Assembly: GCA_963765495.1 (NCBI GenBank)
Contig: CAVXWP010000009.1
Coordinates: 608,001-672,000 of the forward strand
Reading direction: 5' to 3'
Source: Blastocatellia bacterium
Lineage (GTDB): Bacteria > Acidobacteriota > Blastocatellia > UBA7656
DNA: 64,000 bases
In this document: positions 1 through 9,631 of the stretch, piece after piece
Layout: the number at the start of each line of letters is the position of its first letter
Numbering within the stretch: the first letter of the stretch is position 1
The notes under the pieces: generated by a model
The model's input: only the letters and a program-made list of their open reading frames with translations
Told to the model about the DNA's origin: nothing
Database searches by the model: none
Position numbers and translations under genes: made by a program

Positions 1-1280
1 GGTGGACCCCCGAACGGCGGCAACTCGATTACCTCAGATATATAGGCGCAAGCGATGTGACGGCCAAAGAGGTTCAGCTTTTTGGCCTCGCGCCGTGGCT
101 TATCGAGCGTTACCGCGTGCTGGCAGATCGTTTTTATGAAGAGAACAAACGGCTCTCGATCCGAAAGAGCATCATCTCGACCGGGCTTTCAATGATAGGA
201 AGCGCGGGCTACTACGGCGCTTACGTAGTGATCCTTGCGCGCACCGTGCTCGGGAGCATCAGCATAGGTTCGCTGACCTTTCTGGCAGGTTCGTTTTCCA
301 GGAGCCGCGATCTGATACAGCGGTTGCTGCTCGGCGCAAGCGGCATCTATTATCAAAGCCTCTTCCTCAAAGACCTGTTCGAGTTTTTCGAGATGAGACC
401 CTCCATCACATCCCCGACCGAGGCAAAGACTTTCCCCGTTCCCGTGCGCGAAGGCTTTCGATTTGAAGATGTGGGCTTTCGCTATCCCGGCAGCGATAAA
501 TGGGCCGTGCGACACGTGAGTTTTCACCTGCGTCCCGGAGAGCGTATCGCATTCGTAGGCGAGAACGGCGCGGGCAAGACTACGCTCACAAAGTTGCTTG
601 CCCGGCTCTATGACCCGACCGAGGGGCGTATATTGCTCGATGGAGTTGACCTGCGCGAGTACGATCTGGCATCGCTGCGCCGCAACGTAGGCGTTATCTT
701 TCAGGACTTCGTTCGTTACGCGATGCGCTTTGATGAAAACATCGGTGTGGGCGAGATAGAAGAGGTGCAGTCATATCTGGACCTGAATAACAACGGAGCA
801 ACCGTTGATAAAAGGAGCGCATCAGAGGCAGCGAAATTGGAAAGCAGTGAAGTTCCGGAACCTATAGAAGCAGCCGCCGAAAAATCGCTGGCTGCTTCTC
901 TGTTGCCGCGATTGCCGGAAGGGTACAGGCAGATGCTCGGACGCCGATTCGAAGGCGGCATCGATCTGTCGGGCGGAGAATGGCAGAAGGTGGCGCTTGC
1001 CCGCGCTTACATGCGGGACGCCGAGGTGCTGATACTCGACGAGCCTACGGCGGCGCTCGATGCAAGAGCCGAGTATGAGGTCTTTGTAAGGTTTTCGGAA
1101 CTTGTCGCGGGGCGGATGGCCGTAATCATCTCGCACAGATTTTCGACCGTTCGCATGGCTGATCGCATAATCGTGCTGCACGACGGCAGCATTATCGAAG
1201 ACGGCTCGCACGACGAGCTTGTAAGGCGCGGCGGATTATATGCCGAATTATTTTCCTTACAGGCCGAAGGATACCGCTGA
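1..1280 (+). CDS. ABC transporter permease/ATP-binding protein (5' truncated by window)
   Basis: Walker A GENGAGKT, signature LSGGEWQK, Walker B LILDE and H-loop SHR, preceded by TM segments. Confidence 0.93.
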   Translation, partial: WTPERRQLDYLRYIGASDVTAKEVQLFGLAPWLIERYRVLADRFYEENKRLSIRKSIISTGLSMIGSAGYYGAYVVILARTVLGSISIGSLTFLAGSFSRSRDLIQRLLLGASGIYYQSLFLKDLFEFFEMRPSITSPTEAKTFPVPVREGFRFEDVGFRYPGSDKWAVRHVSFHLRPGERIAFVGENGAGKTTLTKLLARLYDPTEGRILLDGVDLREYDLASLRRNVGVIFQDFVRYAMRFDENIGVGEIEEVQSYLDLNNNGATVDKRSASEAAKLESSEVPEPIEAAAEKSLAASLLPRLPEGYRQMLGRRFEGGIDLSGGEWQKVALARAYMRDAEVLILDEPTAALDARAEYEVFVRFSELVAGRMAVIISHRFSTVRMADRIIVLHDGSIIEDGSHDELVRRGGLYAELFSLQAEGYR

Positions 1281-1295
1281 TCGGATTTGAAGATT

Positions 1296-1688
1296 ATGAA
1301 GATAAAATTGCTGACGGCTTCTTATATTTTGCTGCTGGCGACGATCATTTATATGGCCGACCACATGAGGTATCAATCTCTATTCTCGATCATCAGGAGC
1401 GTGCCCGGCGCCGATAAGCTCGGCCATTTCCTCCTGATGGGATTGCTCTCTTTCCTTCTCAACGTAAGCCTCGGTTGCCGCTCAATCAGGATTGCCGGAA
1501 AGCTCTTTCTGCTTGGCAGCGTTATTGTGATTGCGCTGGTCACTCTGGAAGAGTTCTCGCAGCTATTTATCCGATACAGGACTTTTGATCTGATCGATCT
1601 GGCAGCCGATTACACTGGCATATGGATATTCGGGCGTCTGGCTCGCCAAGTGATTGAAGGGATGAGGGATGAAAAGGACTCTCAGTGA
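1296..1688 (+). CDS. VanZ-like membrane protein
   Basis: DKLGHF...EEFSQ...RTFDLIDLAAD motifs in a small hydrophobic protein. Confidence 0.8.
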   Translation: MKIKLLTASYILLLATIIYMADHMRYQSLFSIIRSVPGADKLGHFLLMGLLSFLLNVSLGCRSIRIAGKLFLLGSVIVIALVTLEEFSQLFIRYRTFDLIDLAADYTGIWIFGRLARQVIEGMRDEKDSQ

Positions 1689-1773
1689 TTATCTTGATAA
1701 CTGGCAAGCCGCTTTTCACCGAGTTGTTACGCTACAGTCCTTTTCATCCCTCATCCCTCATCCCTCATCCCTT
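1657..1773. repeat. Inverted heptamer array element (GGGATGA)n-AAAGGACT...AGTCCTTT-(TCATCCC)n
   Basis: Lies between convergent genes; a second copy with the same arms is at 22106-22234. Confidence 0.85.
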
Positions 1774-4275
1774 TTAAGATATTCTGGCGATACGATGAGG
1801 CAATTTCGTGACCTGTCCACGCGATTTCACATTATCCTTTGAGCGATACATCTGCTTATCGGCATTCATCATTAATTCTTCAAAGCTCTGCCCATCGGCA
1901 GGAGCGGTCGCGGCCCCAATGCTGGCTGTCACAGATATTTGTTCATCTTCGGAGATTGTCAGAAAGGGTCGGTTTATCGCCGCTTGAAGCCGGTTGATCA
2001 CATAAAGAGCCTGCTGTTGATCGGTCATCGGCATCAGGGTTACGAATTCATCTCCGGCATAGCGCGCCACCACATCGCAATCGCGCAATTGATGGCGAAG
2101 CAGTTGAGCGAAGTCTTGCAGTACGCGGTCACCCACCACGTGCCCAAAGGTATCGTTGACGCGTTTGAAATCGTTGAGGTCAATCAAGAGAATCGAGAGC
2201 GGATGATTCGACCGATTCGCAGAGCTGATTTCCCGCTCGAAATGCAGCGCGAAGGCGCGCATATTCGGCAAGCCAGTGAGCGCATCGGTGAGCGCCGTCT
2301 GCTGGGTATTTTCAAAGAGCACGGCATTATGCAGCGCGTCAGATACGGGTTGCATAATCATTTCGAGCAATCGCAGATGCTCATCCGTGTACTGCGGCGT
2401 ATCGACAGAATAAAGCGCCACGGCTCCAAGCGATTCGCCATCCTTTATTACCGGAAAGACCGCCACTCCCTTAAATCGTTCGGCCGTCTCCACGCCCAGA
2501 AACGTAAGGTCCAGCATCGGGCTTGTATTGTAGAGAGGACGGTGATTGGCTATGACCCACCCGGTCACCCCTTCGCCTACGCCAATCTCGCGTTCCCGAA
2601 ACATCTCCATACACAGGCCGCTCGCATACTTGGCTCGAATCCGGGTCTTGCCCGCATCCAGCAGATAAATCACGCAGGTCGAATAAGGCACGAGATTGGC
2701 AATGCGGCTGGTGATTATCGCAAACGCATCCTGTAAGCTGAGCGTGCTGCTCAATACCCGGGCTATGTCGTGCAGCGTAGCCACTTCCTGATGAGCGGCG
2801 GCGATCCGGCTCAACGCGACTTCGCTCAGGGGTCTCTGTTCTTCCGCGTATCCGGCGGCCGGTACCGAATTGTTCCCGGCAAGGGCCGAAGACGGCGAAG
2901 ACGAATCAGGCTCCATCACGGCGGCCTGCTCTATTTCAGCATCAAGGCTTTTGAGGCTCTCAAGAAAAATCCTGACCAGCGAAGGATCGAAAAACGACCC
3001 GCTCAGTTTTTCAATCCGGGATATGACCTCGGCGCGGGTCAGCGCCCTGCGATACGGGCGATCCGAATGCAGCGCGTCGAAATGATCTACGAGCGCCAGA
3101 ATCCTCGCCCCGAGCGGTATCTGCTCTCCGCGCAGACCGTCGGGATACCCTGCGCCATCCCATCGCTCGTGATGGGCGCGAACATAGGCCGCGACAGGAA
3201 AATCGAATTTCACGTTCGATAATATCTCTCCCCCGATCACCGTGTGGGTCTTCATCTTTTCGAATTCGTAGGGGGTCAGCTTCCCGGGTTTGTTCAAAAT
3301 GTAGTCGGGCACGCCGAGCTTTCCAATGTCGTGAAGAAGCGAAGCGGCTTCGAGCGCCTGCAACTGTTTCCCGCCCATCCCCATCAACTCGCCCAGCCGC
3401 CGGGCATAAATCTGAACGCGGCGTATGTGCTTGTGCGTTGTCTGATCCTTTGCGTCAATGGCCATCGCGAGCGCCTCAAGCGTAGAGCGGTGCAGTTCAT
3501 TGACCTGATCGAGATGGCGGCGCTCTTCTTCCAGTTTCGCGTGATAGGTCTTGAATGTGTAGTAGATTATCAGCGGCATCGGAAGGGCCAGCACAAGGAC
3601 AAGCAGCGCAGCCTCTAACGAGTATTTTGAGAGCGCGTAGCCGGTCATCCCCGCAGCCGTCGCGCCTGCCAGATAGGTGACGGGTATCCAGGGGAAAGTC
3701 TCTTTCAATGTGGATATAAAACCGGCTGTGCCTACGGCCTTCGAGAATATCGCCGTCAGGCTGATATTGACCGCGTAATGCGTGAGAGCCAGGACCGTCA
3801 AAGGAAATACCAGCAACTCTAAGGAGCGCTGCTCGCCGCCCAGAATCGTATTGCTTTGCAGGTAGCTTTGAACAATCTGATACATGCGGGCCGAGGCAAA
3901 GGCGGAAAGCGCCAGGATCGAGGCATTGATAGCTACATAGATTCGCAGCTTGGCAAGCTTTCGCGCTTCAAAGCCATCGAGCGTGCCAAGCAGGAATGCC
4001 TGATAAGGGCCGAGTATGATCGCAGCCAGGAAAATAACCGACTCCGAAACCGACACCATGGTCTTGGTCGTTCCGGGCAGCCGTATAGGATGAGAGCCCG
4101 TCCACACGGCTACGACGACCGCAAGCCCAAAAAGCAATGCCTGGTCGCGCGCCGATGTGTGTAAGATGTGGTTGAACGACTCAATCAGAATTCCAACGGC
4201 CAGTGTAATCAGGGCAAAACATAACAATCTGGCCTTTAGATTCAAATCGCGCAGTTCCTGCACCAGGCGATTCAT
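1774..4275 (-). CDS. Membrane HD-GYP / GAF / GGDEF c-di-GMP signalling protein
   Basis: Multi-TM N-terminus; LHDIGK and HHERWDGAGYP (HD-GYP); GAF; DLNDFKRVNDTFGH; RxxD I-site (RDCD) and AGDEF active-site variant. Confidence 0.93.
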   Translation of the reverse strand: MNRLVQELRDLNLKARLLCFALITLAVGILIESFNHILHTSARDQALLFGLAVVVAVWTGSHPIRLPGTTKTMVSVSESVIFLAAIILGPYQAFLLGTLDGFEARKLAKLRIYVAINASILALSAFASARMYQIVQSYLQSNTILGGEQRSLELLVFPLTVLALTHYAVNISLTAIFSKAVGTAGFISTLKETFPWIPVTYLAGATAAGMTGYALSKYSLEAALLVLVLALPMPLIIYYTFKTYHAKLEEERRHLDQVNELHRSTLEALAMAIDAKDQTTHKHIRRVQIYARRLGELMGMGGKQLQALEAASLLHDIGKLGVPDYILNKPGKLTPYEFEKMKTHTVIGGEILSNVKFDFPVAAYVRAHHERWDGAGYPDGLRGEQIPLGARILALVDHFDALHSDRPYRRALTRAEVISRIEKLSGSFFDPSLVRIFLESLKSLDAEIEQAAVMEPDSSSPSSALAGNNSVPAAGYAEEQRPLSEVALSRIAAAHQEVATLHDIARVLSSTLSLQDAFAIITSRIANLVPYSTCVIYLLDAGKTRIRAKYASGLCMEMFREREIGVGEGVTGWVIANHRPLYNTSPMLDLTFLGVETAERFKGVAVFPVIKDGESLGAVALYSVDTPQYTDEHLRLLEMIMQPVSDALHNAVLFENTQQTALTDALTGLPNMRAFALHFEREISSANRSNHPLSILLIDLNDFKRVNDTFGHVVGDRVLQDFAQLLRHQLRDCDVVARYAGDEFVTLMPMTDQQQALYVINRLQAAINRPFLTISEDEQISVTASIGAATAPADGQSFEELMMNADKQMYRSKDNVKSRGQVTKLPHRIARIS

Positions 4276-4329
4276 ATATTGCCTCCATCCGCTCGATAGA
4301 AGGGGTTATTGGCTAAATCGAAATGCACA

Positions 4330-4491
4330 AGATTGGTACAAACGAAACTCCAAAGTAGGGTGAGTAGAAATAGACCACGGATTTACGCGGATGCGGCGGA
4401 TTTACGCGGATCAGTCCCTATTTGATCTAATCCGCGCTAATCCGCCGCCTATTTCAATTTGCCTTTCATTCAAATTCATTTGTACCAATCT
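4330..4491. repeat. REP/MITE-like palindromic element
   Basis: Terminal IR AGATTGGTACAAACGAA / TTCATTTGTACCAATCT enclosing 9-nt-period CGCGGATTT/AATCCGCG arrays. Confidence 0.7.
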
Positions 4492-4504
4492 CTTGCGGAA
4501 TGAT

Positions 4505-6592
4505 TTAAAGCCGGGGCCTTGGATAAAGGGCGTGTGACGAGTTGGGCACGACCGAGGCCGATACACCTGAGAACCCTTCACCCAGGGTCAATACACCAGC
4601 AGCCATTCCCACAGACGAACTCTGATCCAGCAATTTCGCCGACCAGACCGCCTCGTCGGCCCACTGACTGCTCGCCCGTAATTGATCGAGAACCAGAGAA
4701 TCCGAAACGCTCCCCGCAATCATCACTCCGCCTGCGATCATCACTCCGCCTGCGATCATCACTCCGCCTGCGATCATCACCCCGCTGGCGAGCATGTTTC
4801 TGTTCGCAAGAATCATACCAACATATGGCACCAGGCGCAGCCCTATGATCAGGTAGTTTGTATCGAGAACATAAAACAACCCAGCCGAACGGTGCAGGAA
4901 TACTATGCCGTCCGAATATATGCAATCCCCCCAACTCACGGTCTCGCCCGCTATGGCGCTCTGAAATTCAAACTGCGAATTGACCGGGCCTATGAGGTTC
5001 CTGCCGGAGAGCAGAACCTGAGACCCCCAGATTCTTGCAGGTGTAGATGCGATCTGACTCGCCACTCGAAGAGCCCCCTCCGCATTCAACAGCCCCGCGC
5101 CTTCGCTCACGAGCGCGAGCGTGAACGGCTCAGGGGCAAGCGAAGCGAGTCGCTGCGCCGAAAAGCGGAGCACGGCTTTGACCGTTCGTGGAGTAAGCGA
5201 TGGATTGGCTTGCAGCATGAGCGCGACCACGCCTGAGACTGCGGGCGCGGCGACCGAGGTTCCGCTCATTCTGAAATAGACCGCCCGCCCGCTTTCCGAA
5301 TAGACGACCGCTTCGGGATGATCGCGCACAAGCGCAGAATCGGGGGCGCACGTCGCTACGATGTAATTGGCGGGCGCGAGGAGGTCAGGCTTTGCAAACC
5401 CGTCAACGAGCGTGGGGCCGCGCGAGCTATAACTTGCCACCACATCATCGGATCGGACATCGGACCCCTGAGTTGCGGCAGCGCCGACGGTTATAACATT
5501 GGGTGAGTTGGCGGGCGAAAGTATCGAACCATACAGTGTATTGCCCGCATTGTCTTTGCCGAAATTCCCCGCCGCTACGACCACGACAACGCCCGAGGAG
5601 ACCGCGGCTTCGGCGGCCTGACACAAGGGATCGTTTGCGTAAGAATCGGTTACGAGAGTACCTACAGAGAGGTTCGCAACGCGGATGTTATATGCCTGCC
5701 GGTTGGCGACTACCCATCCGAGGGCCATTATCGAATCGCTGACGCGGCCCGTGCCGTCGCCCTTGATCACTCGCAGGTCGAGCAGGTTGGCGTTGAAGGC
5801 CATGCCGGGATAGGCCGCGCCCGCACCCGTCATCCGCATGGAATCGACTCCGGTCCCGGCTGCCACACCGGCAACGTGAGTCCCGTGGCCGTAAGGGTCA
5901 TACCCGTTTTGCAATTGCTCCGGGGTCAACTGCTCGTCGGATACGAAATTTCTGCGGTATGTGATGCGGCTGGCGCTCGGATTGGTCAGGGATCGCAAGT
6001 CGTTGTGAATAGAATCTCCGCTAAAGATTCCGCTGTCGAGCACGGCGATACTTATGCCTGAGCCATTGACGCCCGCCCCTTGAATGTACCCGGTCTGCTG
6101 GATCACGGGCGAGCCTCCACTCAACCCGTTCGTGCCTATCACCTGCGAGGCTCCCGATGTGGTGATAAAATGAAGAGGGCCGCCCGTCTGCGCCTCGGTG
6201 GTAAAGGTAACCGAATCGGGCGACATATAGAGCGCGCTATTGCTTTCAGCGACAGGGGCCAGTGAATTGGCAGGGACCTCTGCCACCACCGCATCAATCA
6301 AGTCAAGATAGCCAAGCGGGCTGCCGCCCCGGGCGACGATCTCGTTTTGCAGGTCGTTTATCATGCCCTTTTGAGCGCGAACTATAACGCGAACCGGTTT
6401 GTCGTCCTTAGAGGGGTTGCGCGCAAGGCTGACAAGTTCAGGCGAAAGGCGGGAAGCATAGCCAGGGCCGCCGCTCTCCCTTTGCACATACGCGGACGAG
6501 GGTCGGGCAAAAGTGAGATTGAGCAGCGAAAAAAGGACCAGACACATCGAGAGAAGCCGTAAGCGGTTTCTAAAAGTTTGGCGGTTAATCAT
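4505..6592 (-). CDS. Secreted S8 (subtilisin-like) serine peptidase with C-terminal GVMIAG repeats
   Basis: Signal peptide, propeptide, triad VLDSG / GHGTHVAG / MSGTSVAAP, oxyanion AAGN. Confidence 0.95.
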   Translation of the reverse strand: MINRQTFRNRLRLLSMCLVLFSLLNLTFARPSSAYVQRESGGPGYASRLSPELVSLARNPSKDDKPVRVIVRAQKGMINDLQNEIVARGGSPLGYLDLIDAVVAEVPANSLAPVAESNSALYMSPDSVTFTTEAQTGGPLHFITTSGASQVIGTNGLSGGSPVIQQTGYIQGAGVNGSGISIAVLDSGIFSGDSIHNDLRSLTNPSASRITYRRNFVSDEQLTPEQLQNGYDPYGHGTHVAGVAAGTGVDSMRMTGAGAAYPGMAFNANLLDLRVIKGDGTGRVSDSIMALGWVVANRQAYNIRVANLSVGTLVTDSYANDPLCQAAEAAVSSGVVVVVAAGNFGKDNAGNTLYGSILSPANSPNVITVGAAATQGSDVRSDDVVASYSSRGPTLVDGFAKPDLLAPANYIVATCAPDSALVRDHPEAVVYSESGRAVYFRMSGTSVAAPAVSGVVALMLQANPSLTPRTVKAVLRFSAQRLASLAPEPFTLALVSEGAGLLNAEGALRVASQIASTPARIWGSQVLLSGRNLIGPVNSQFEFQSAIAGETVSWGDCIYSDGIVFLHRSAGLFYVLDTNYLIIGLRLVPYVGMILANRNMLASGVMIAGGVMIAGGVMIAGGVMIAGSVSDSLVLDQLRASSQWADEAVWSAKLLDQSSSVGMAAGVLTLGEGFSGVSASVVPNSSHALYPRPRL
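4712..4783 (-). repeat. 18-bp tandem repeat x4 encoding GVMIAG
   Basis: Repeated CCTGCGATCATCACTCCG units on + strand, in frame within the S8 gene. Confidence 0.95.
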
Positions 6593-6719
6593 GGTTTCCT
6601 CCGATCAAGAAAACTTCTGGTCCGTGAGGTGAACGAAAGCTTCCCTAAACAAAAAGGATTCAACACCAATAGGCATGAAGTGAAGATGGTCCTGGCGGAG
6701 GTAAGGCGTAAACTGTGAC

Positions 6720-6818
6720 CTTCACTTCGGCAGTCGGGCCGCCTATTTGAATTCTCAAGGAGGCTCCGGCTTTGCGCCCATATCTTCTTAATCGAAGCGG
6801 TTGCCTTTATCGGTGAAG
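6720..6818 (-). ncRNA. c-di-GMP-I (GEMM-I) riboswitch
   Basis: Minus strand CTTCAC-CGATAAAGGCAACC...GGGCGCAAAGCC...GGCGGCCCGACTGCCGAA-GTGAAG matches GEMM-I landmarks; P1 CUUCAC/GUGAAG; G at the G20-equivalent position; sits in the 5' UTR of the S8 gene. Confidence 0.8.
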
Positions 6819-6892
6819 TAAATCCGTAAACATTCCCGGAAAAGATCATACTCTGCGGCTATCTGGTAAAGCCAAAAACGATAGCCGGATGG

Positions 6893-6922
6893 ATTCTACG
6901 CCCGCGCCCTCGAAAGTGTCAA
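6893..6922 (-). promoter_or_regulatory. sigma-70-type promoter for the riboswitch/S8 operon
   Basis: TTGACA-18 nt-TAGAAT on the minus strand, upstream of the riboswitch. Confidence 0.7.
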
Positions 6923-7010
6923 GATTTTTCAAGAAATTAAAGTAAGATCGCATACACCCCGAAATGGAATCATTCAGTTTTCCAAAATGTAAGATAGGGG
7001 AATAGAAATA

Positions 7011-7104
7011 GGCTGCGGATCGGACGTATCGGACGGATTTTCACGGACTAGCTTATATAGTGTCTGACCCGTGTTTATCCGTCCGATCCGCGTAATCCGT
7101 GGCC
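7011..7104. repeat. Palindromic CGGAT/ATCCG 9-nt-period repeat element
   Basis: GGCTGCGGATCGGACGTATCGGACGGAT...ATCCGTCCGATCCGCGTAATCCGTGGCC; related to the internal arrays at 4375-4450. Confidence 0.65.
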
Positions 7105-7143
7105 TGCTATAACGGTTTGCGATTGCGTTTAGCTGTATAGGGA

Positions 7144-8529
7144 TCAGGAATCGGCAATAACGGATTCCGCGACATAGCTACGCACATCGCGCGGCCAAAT
7201 TACCGTAAAGGTGGAGCCGTGACCGGGCGCGCTTGCCACCTTGATCCTGCCGCCCAATAACTCGACAAGCCTCTTGCTTATGGGAAGCCCCAACCCCGTG
7301 CCTCCTGTGTGATGAGGACTTCCTACATTGATCTGTCGGAACTCTTCAAAGATGAGAGGCACCTGTTCCTCCTGCATGCCTATGCCCGTATCGCTGACCT
7401 CGACATACCACATCTGATCGCCGTCGGGACCGGCCTTGAGAGTGACTGTGCCGCCCGCGGGAGTGAACTTGATGGCGTTGGATGAAAGGTTGGTAATGAC
7501 CTGTGTGACTTTGGTTGCGTCGCTCATGACAGAGCGCATGTGGGGCTCGACTTCGTAGGCGAAAATCACGTCCTTGTCTTTTGCGGTCTGGTTCAACCCG
7601 TTGTAGATCGAGTCAATCAACTCGGCGGGTTCGAATGACTCAAGCTTTATCTGCATGCGACCGGCCTGGAGCCGCGAAAGATCGAGCAGATCATTCACGA
7701 GTCTGACAAGCATCGCGGTAGATTTTTCAAGCCGCGCCACGGTATCGTGCTGGCGCGGCGTGAGCGGCTCTGCCCTGTCGCGCAGCAACACCTGCACCAG
7801 ACCGAGAATCGCATTTAGCGGCGTTCTGACTTCGTGCGCGATTGTAGAGATAAACTGTGATTTGATCTCGTCTACCTGTTTGAGTTGCTGGTTGGCCTGA
7901 TGAAGCTCGCGATTTATCTGTTCAAGTTCGTGGCGGCTCTGGGTCAACTCGCCGAGTACACCCACAAGCTCCTGATTTTGAGATTGAAGCTCTTCGACCA
8001 TCCCCGATTCGCTTGCCGAAAAGAACTCCTTGCGAATCTGTTCCAGGTCTTTGAGCTGTCGCTGATCTGGAGCGAACCACTTTATAGCCTGAATGCGCGT
8101 GCCGCGCCCGGGCGCGCTCGCTATATAAAACTCATCCATTAACCGGCGTGAGCCGGTGAGCCCTTTGCCCAGTCCCGTTCGCGATTTAAACTCACCGGCC
8201 ATGATCTTATCGAGATCCTTTATGCCCGGTCCCTGGTCTTCACATACTATCTCTATGCCTTTGCGCCCGACCCTCTCGATCAATGAAACGGTAATGCTCC
8301 CCATGCCCGCATATTCGTAGATGTTTCGCGTCAGTTCCGATATTGCGGTCGTGAGCTTTATCTGCGTAACGTTATCGAATCCGAGTTCGCGGGCCGCAAG
8401 CCTGACGCGGTCGCGCACGCGCACTATGTCTGATTCACGGCGAACGAAAATCGAACCGATCTTTTCACGGCGCGACATATCTGGGGCTGAATCGTGCAAT
8501 TCCGAGGTCAAAAGCTTAATCTCCCGCAA
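7144..8529 (-). CDS. Stressosome output histidine kinase (RsbT-like HATPase + coiled coil + HisKA + HATPase)
   Basis: N-terminal TAISELTRNI / DQGPGI / GLGKGL; HEVRTPL H-box; NAIKF, DTGIG and GGTGLGL boxes. Confidence 0.9.
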   Translation of the reverse strand: MREIKLLTSELHDSAPDMSRREKIGSIFVRRESDIVRVRDRVRLAARELGFDNVTQIKLTTAISELTRNIYEYAGMGSITVSLIERVGRKGIEIVCEDQGPGIKDLDKIMAGEFKSRTGLGKGLTGSRRLMDEFYIASAPGRGTRIQAIKWFAPDQRQLKDLEQIRKEFFSASESGMVEELQSQNQELVGVLGELTQSRHELEQINRELHQANQQLKQVDEIKSQFISTIAHEVRTPLNAILGLVQVLLRDRAEPLTPRQHDTVARLEKSTAMLVRLVNDLLDLSRLQAGRMQIKLESFEPAELIDSIYNGLNQTAKDKDVIFAYEVEPHMRSVMSDATKVTQVITNLSSNAIKFTPAGGTVTLKAGPDGDQMWYVEVSDTGIGMQEEQVPLIFEEFRQINVGSPHHTGGTGLGLPISKRLVELLGGRIKVASAPGHGSTFTVIWPRDVRSYVAESVIADS

Positions 8530-9560
8530 AGTATTGTCGCATCATCTTTCGGGCGATTGAAATCGCGCATCACAACCGAGCATATAAGCTGCGGGTGAAG
8601 CCCGAGCAGACCGGGGTAATTCTCAGGGTCCCAGTTTTCCGATATGCCGTCTGTCGTCATCACAATGGTGGCGACTCTTGGCAGTTGCTCTTTGAAAACC
8701 TTGATGCGGTTCAAACGGGAACCGAGCGTGCCGTTGAGCGAGATAAACCTTAAAGGGCGAGGGCCGCCATAGACCCGGAAATCGGTATTGCCTATTCCGG
8801 CATACTCTACGACGCCGGTCGCGCGGTCAATTGCGGCGAGCCCGAGGACCGCGCCACGGGTTTCGCGCAAGGCTTCGTGAGTGGTCTGAATTATAGTCTC
8901 GACCGGTTGCAAAGCCTGTCTGTCAATCACAGCCACGGCCTCTGTGGATGCCTCTTTTGCCCCCGCGCCGTGACCAAGTCCGTCTATGACGGCCAGAATC
9001 TGGCGATCACCTTTTCGGTTGATGATGTAGGAATCGCCGTTATCTTCCGCTCCATCGACCGGGCGGGAAAATGCGCCCCACAGCGATTGCTTTCTGGCGG
9101 AGAGTTCGCCATCGACCGGCAGGTGTTTGCGGATTACTATGACCGTGCCGTGAGTCGTGCGCCCGTATAGCGGGAGGCGGCGGGTCTGGCTCGCGATGGT
9201 AGAGTAAATATAGAACTCATCCATCATGCGCTTTATAGCCCCAAGCCCCGCGCCAAGTGTGCCTGTAGTCGTAAAGCCATCCGAGATTGCGAGCGCCGTA
9301 TCGGGTATTCCAGGCCCCTTATCAGCGTAGATCAATTCAAGCCCCGCATGTTCGAGCCGGGCGGTGGTTTCAGCAACAAAAATCCTGCCCGTACCGCGCG
9401 CGAACTTTACTGCGTTCGAGCCGATCTCTTTCACCGCTATATCTATTTCAGCGATCCTTTGCTCACCGAACTGCATATCTGTGGCGCGCCGCCGGATGAT
9501 CCTCCGGGCGTGACCTATGTGCGCTTCTTCGGTGAGCGGTATTGTCTCGTATTTTTTCAT
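8508..9560 (-). CDS. RsbX-like HATPase + SpoIIE/PP2C phosphatase
   Basis: EIGSNAVK / DKGPGI N-domain; NGD, IDGLGHG, TDGI and DDAT PP2C motifs; start moved to the ATG at 9560 because the upstream extension is a repeat array. Confidence 0.88.
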   Translation of the reverse strand: MKKYETIPLTEEAHIGHARRIIRRRATDMQFGEQRIAEIDIAVKEIGSNAVKFARGTGRIFVAETTARLEHAGLELIYADKGPGIPDTALAISDGFTTTGTLGAGLGAIKRMMDEFYIYSTIASQTRRLPLYGRTTHGTVIVIRKHLPVDGELSARKQSLWGAFSRPVDGAEDNGDSYIINRKGDRQILAVIDGLGHGAGAKEASTEAVAVIDRQALQPVETIIQTTHEALRETRGAVLGLAAIDRATGVVEYAGIGNTDFRVYGGPRPLRFISLNGTLGSRLNRIKVFKEQLPRVATIVMTTDGISENWDPENYPGLLGLHPQLICSVVMRDFNRPKDDATILCGRLSF

Positions 9561-9569
9561 GAAATTATG

Positions 9570-9629
9570 AGTTTTGAATTTTGAGTTACAGGAGTTTAAT
9601 TCAAAACTCAAAACTTAAAATTCAAAACT
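9570..9629. repeat. Inverted heptamer array (TTTTGAA/G)n...(TTCAAAA)n
   Basis: Visible directly between rsbT and the rsbX-like gene. Confidence 0.75.
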
Positions 9630-9631
9630 GA

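Noticed and set aside
1774-2300. Hypr (cGAMP-making) GGDEF paired with a cGAMP riboswitch
   Set aside because: The specificity residue is Asp (GHVVGD) and the riboswitch has G at position 20; both indicate c-di-GMP
1939-3618. Long + strand ORFs antisense to the HD-GYP/GGDEF gene (and similar shadows at 13221, 14449, 25158, 62769)
   Set aside because: Shadow frames of well-supported genes, with no motifs or RBS
4712-4783. Possible CRISPR array
   Set aside because: Contiguous 18-bp units with no spacers, in frame within the S8 gene; no cas genes in the window
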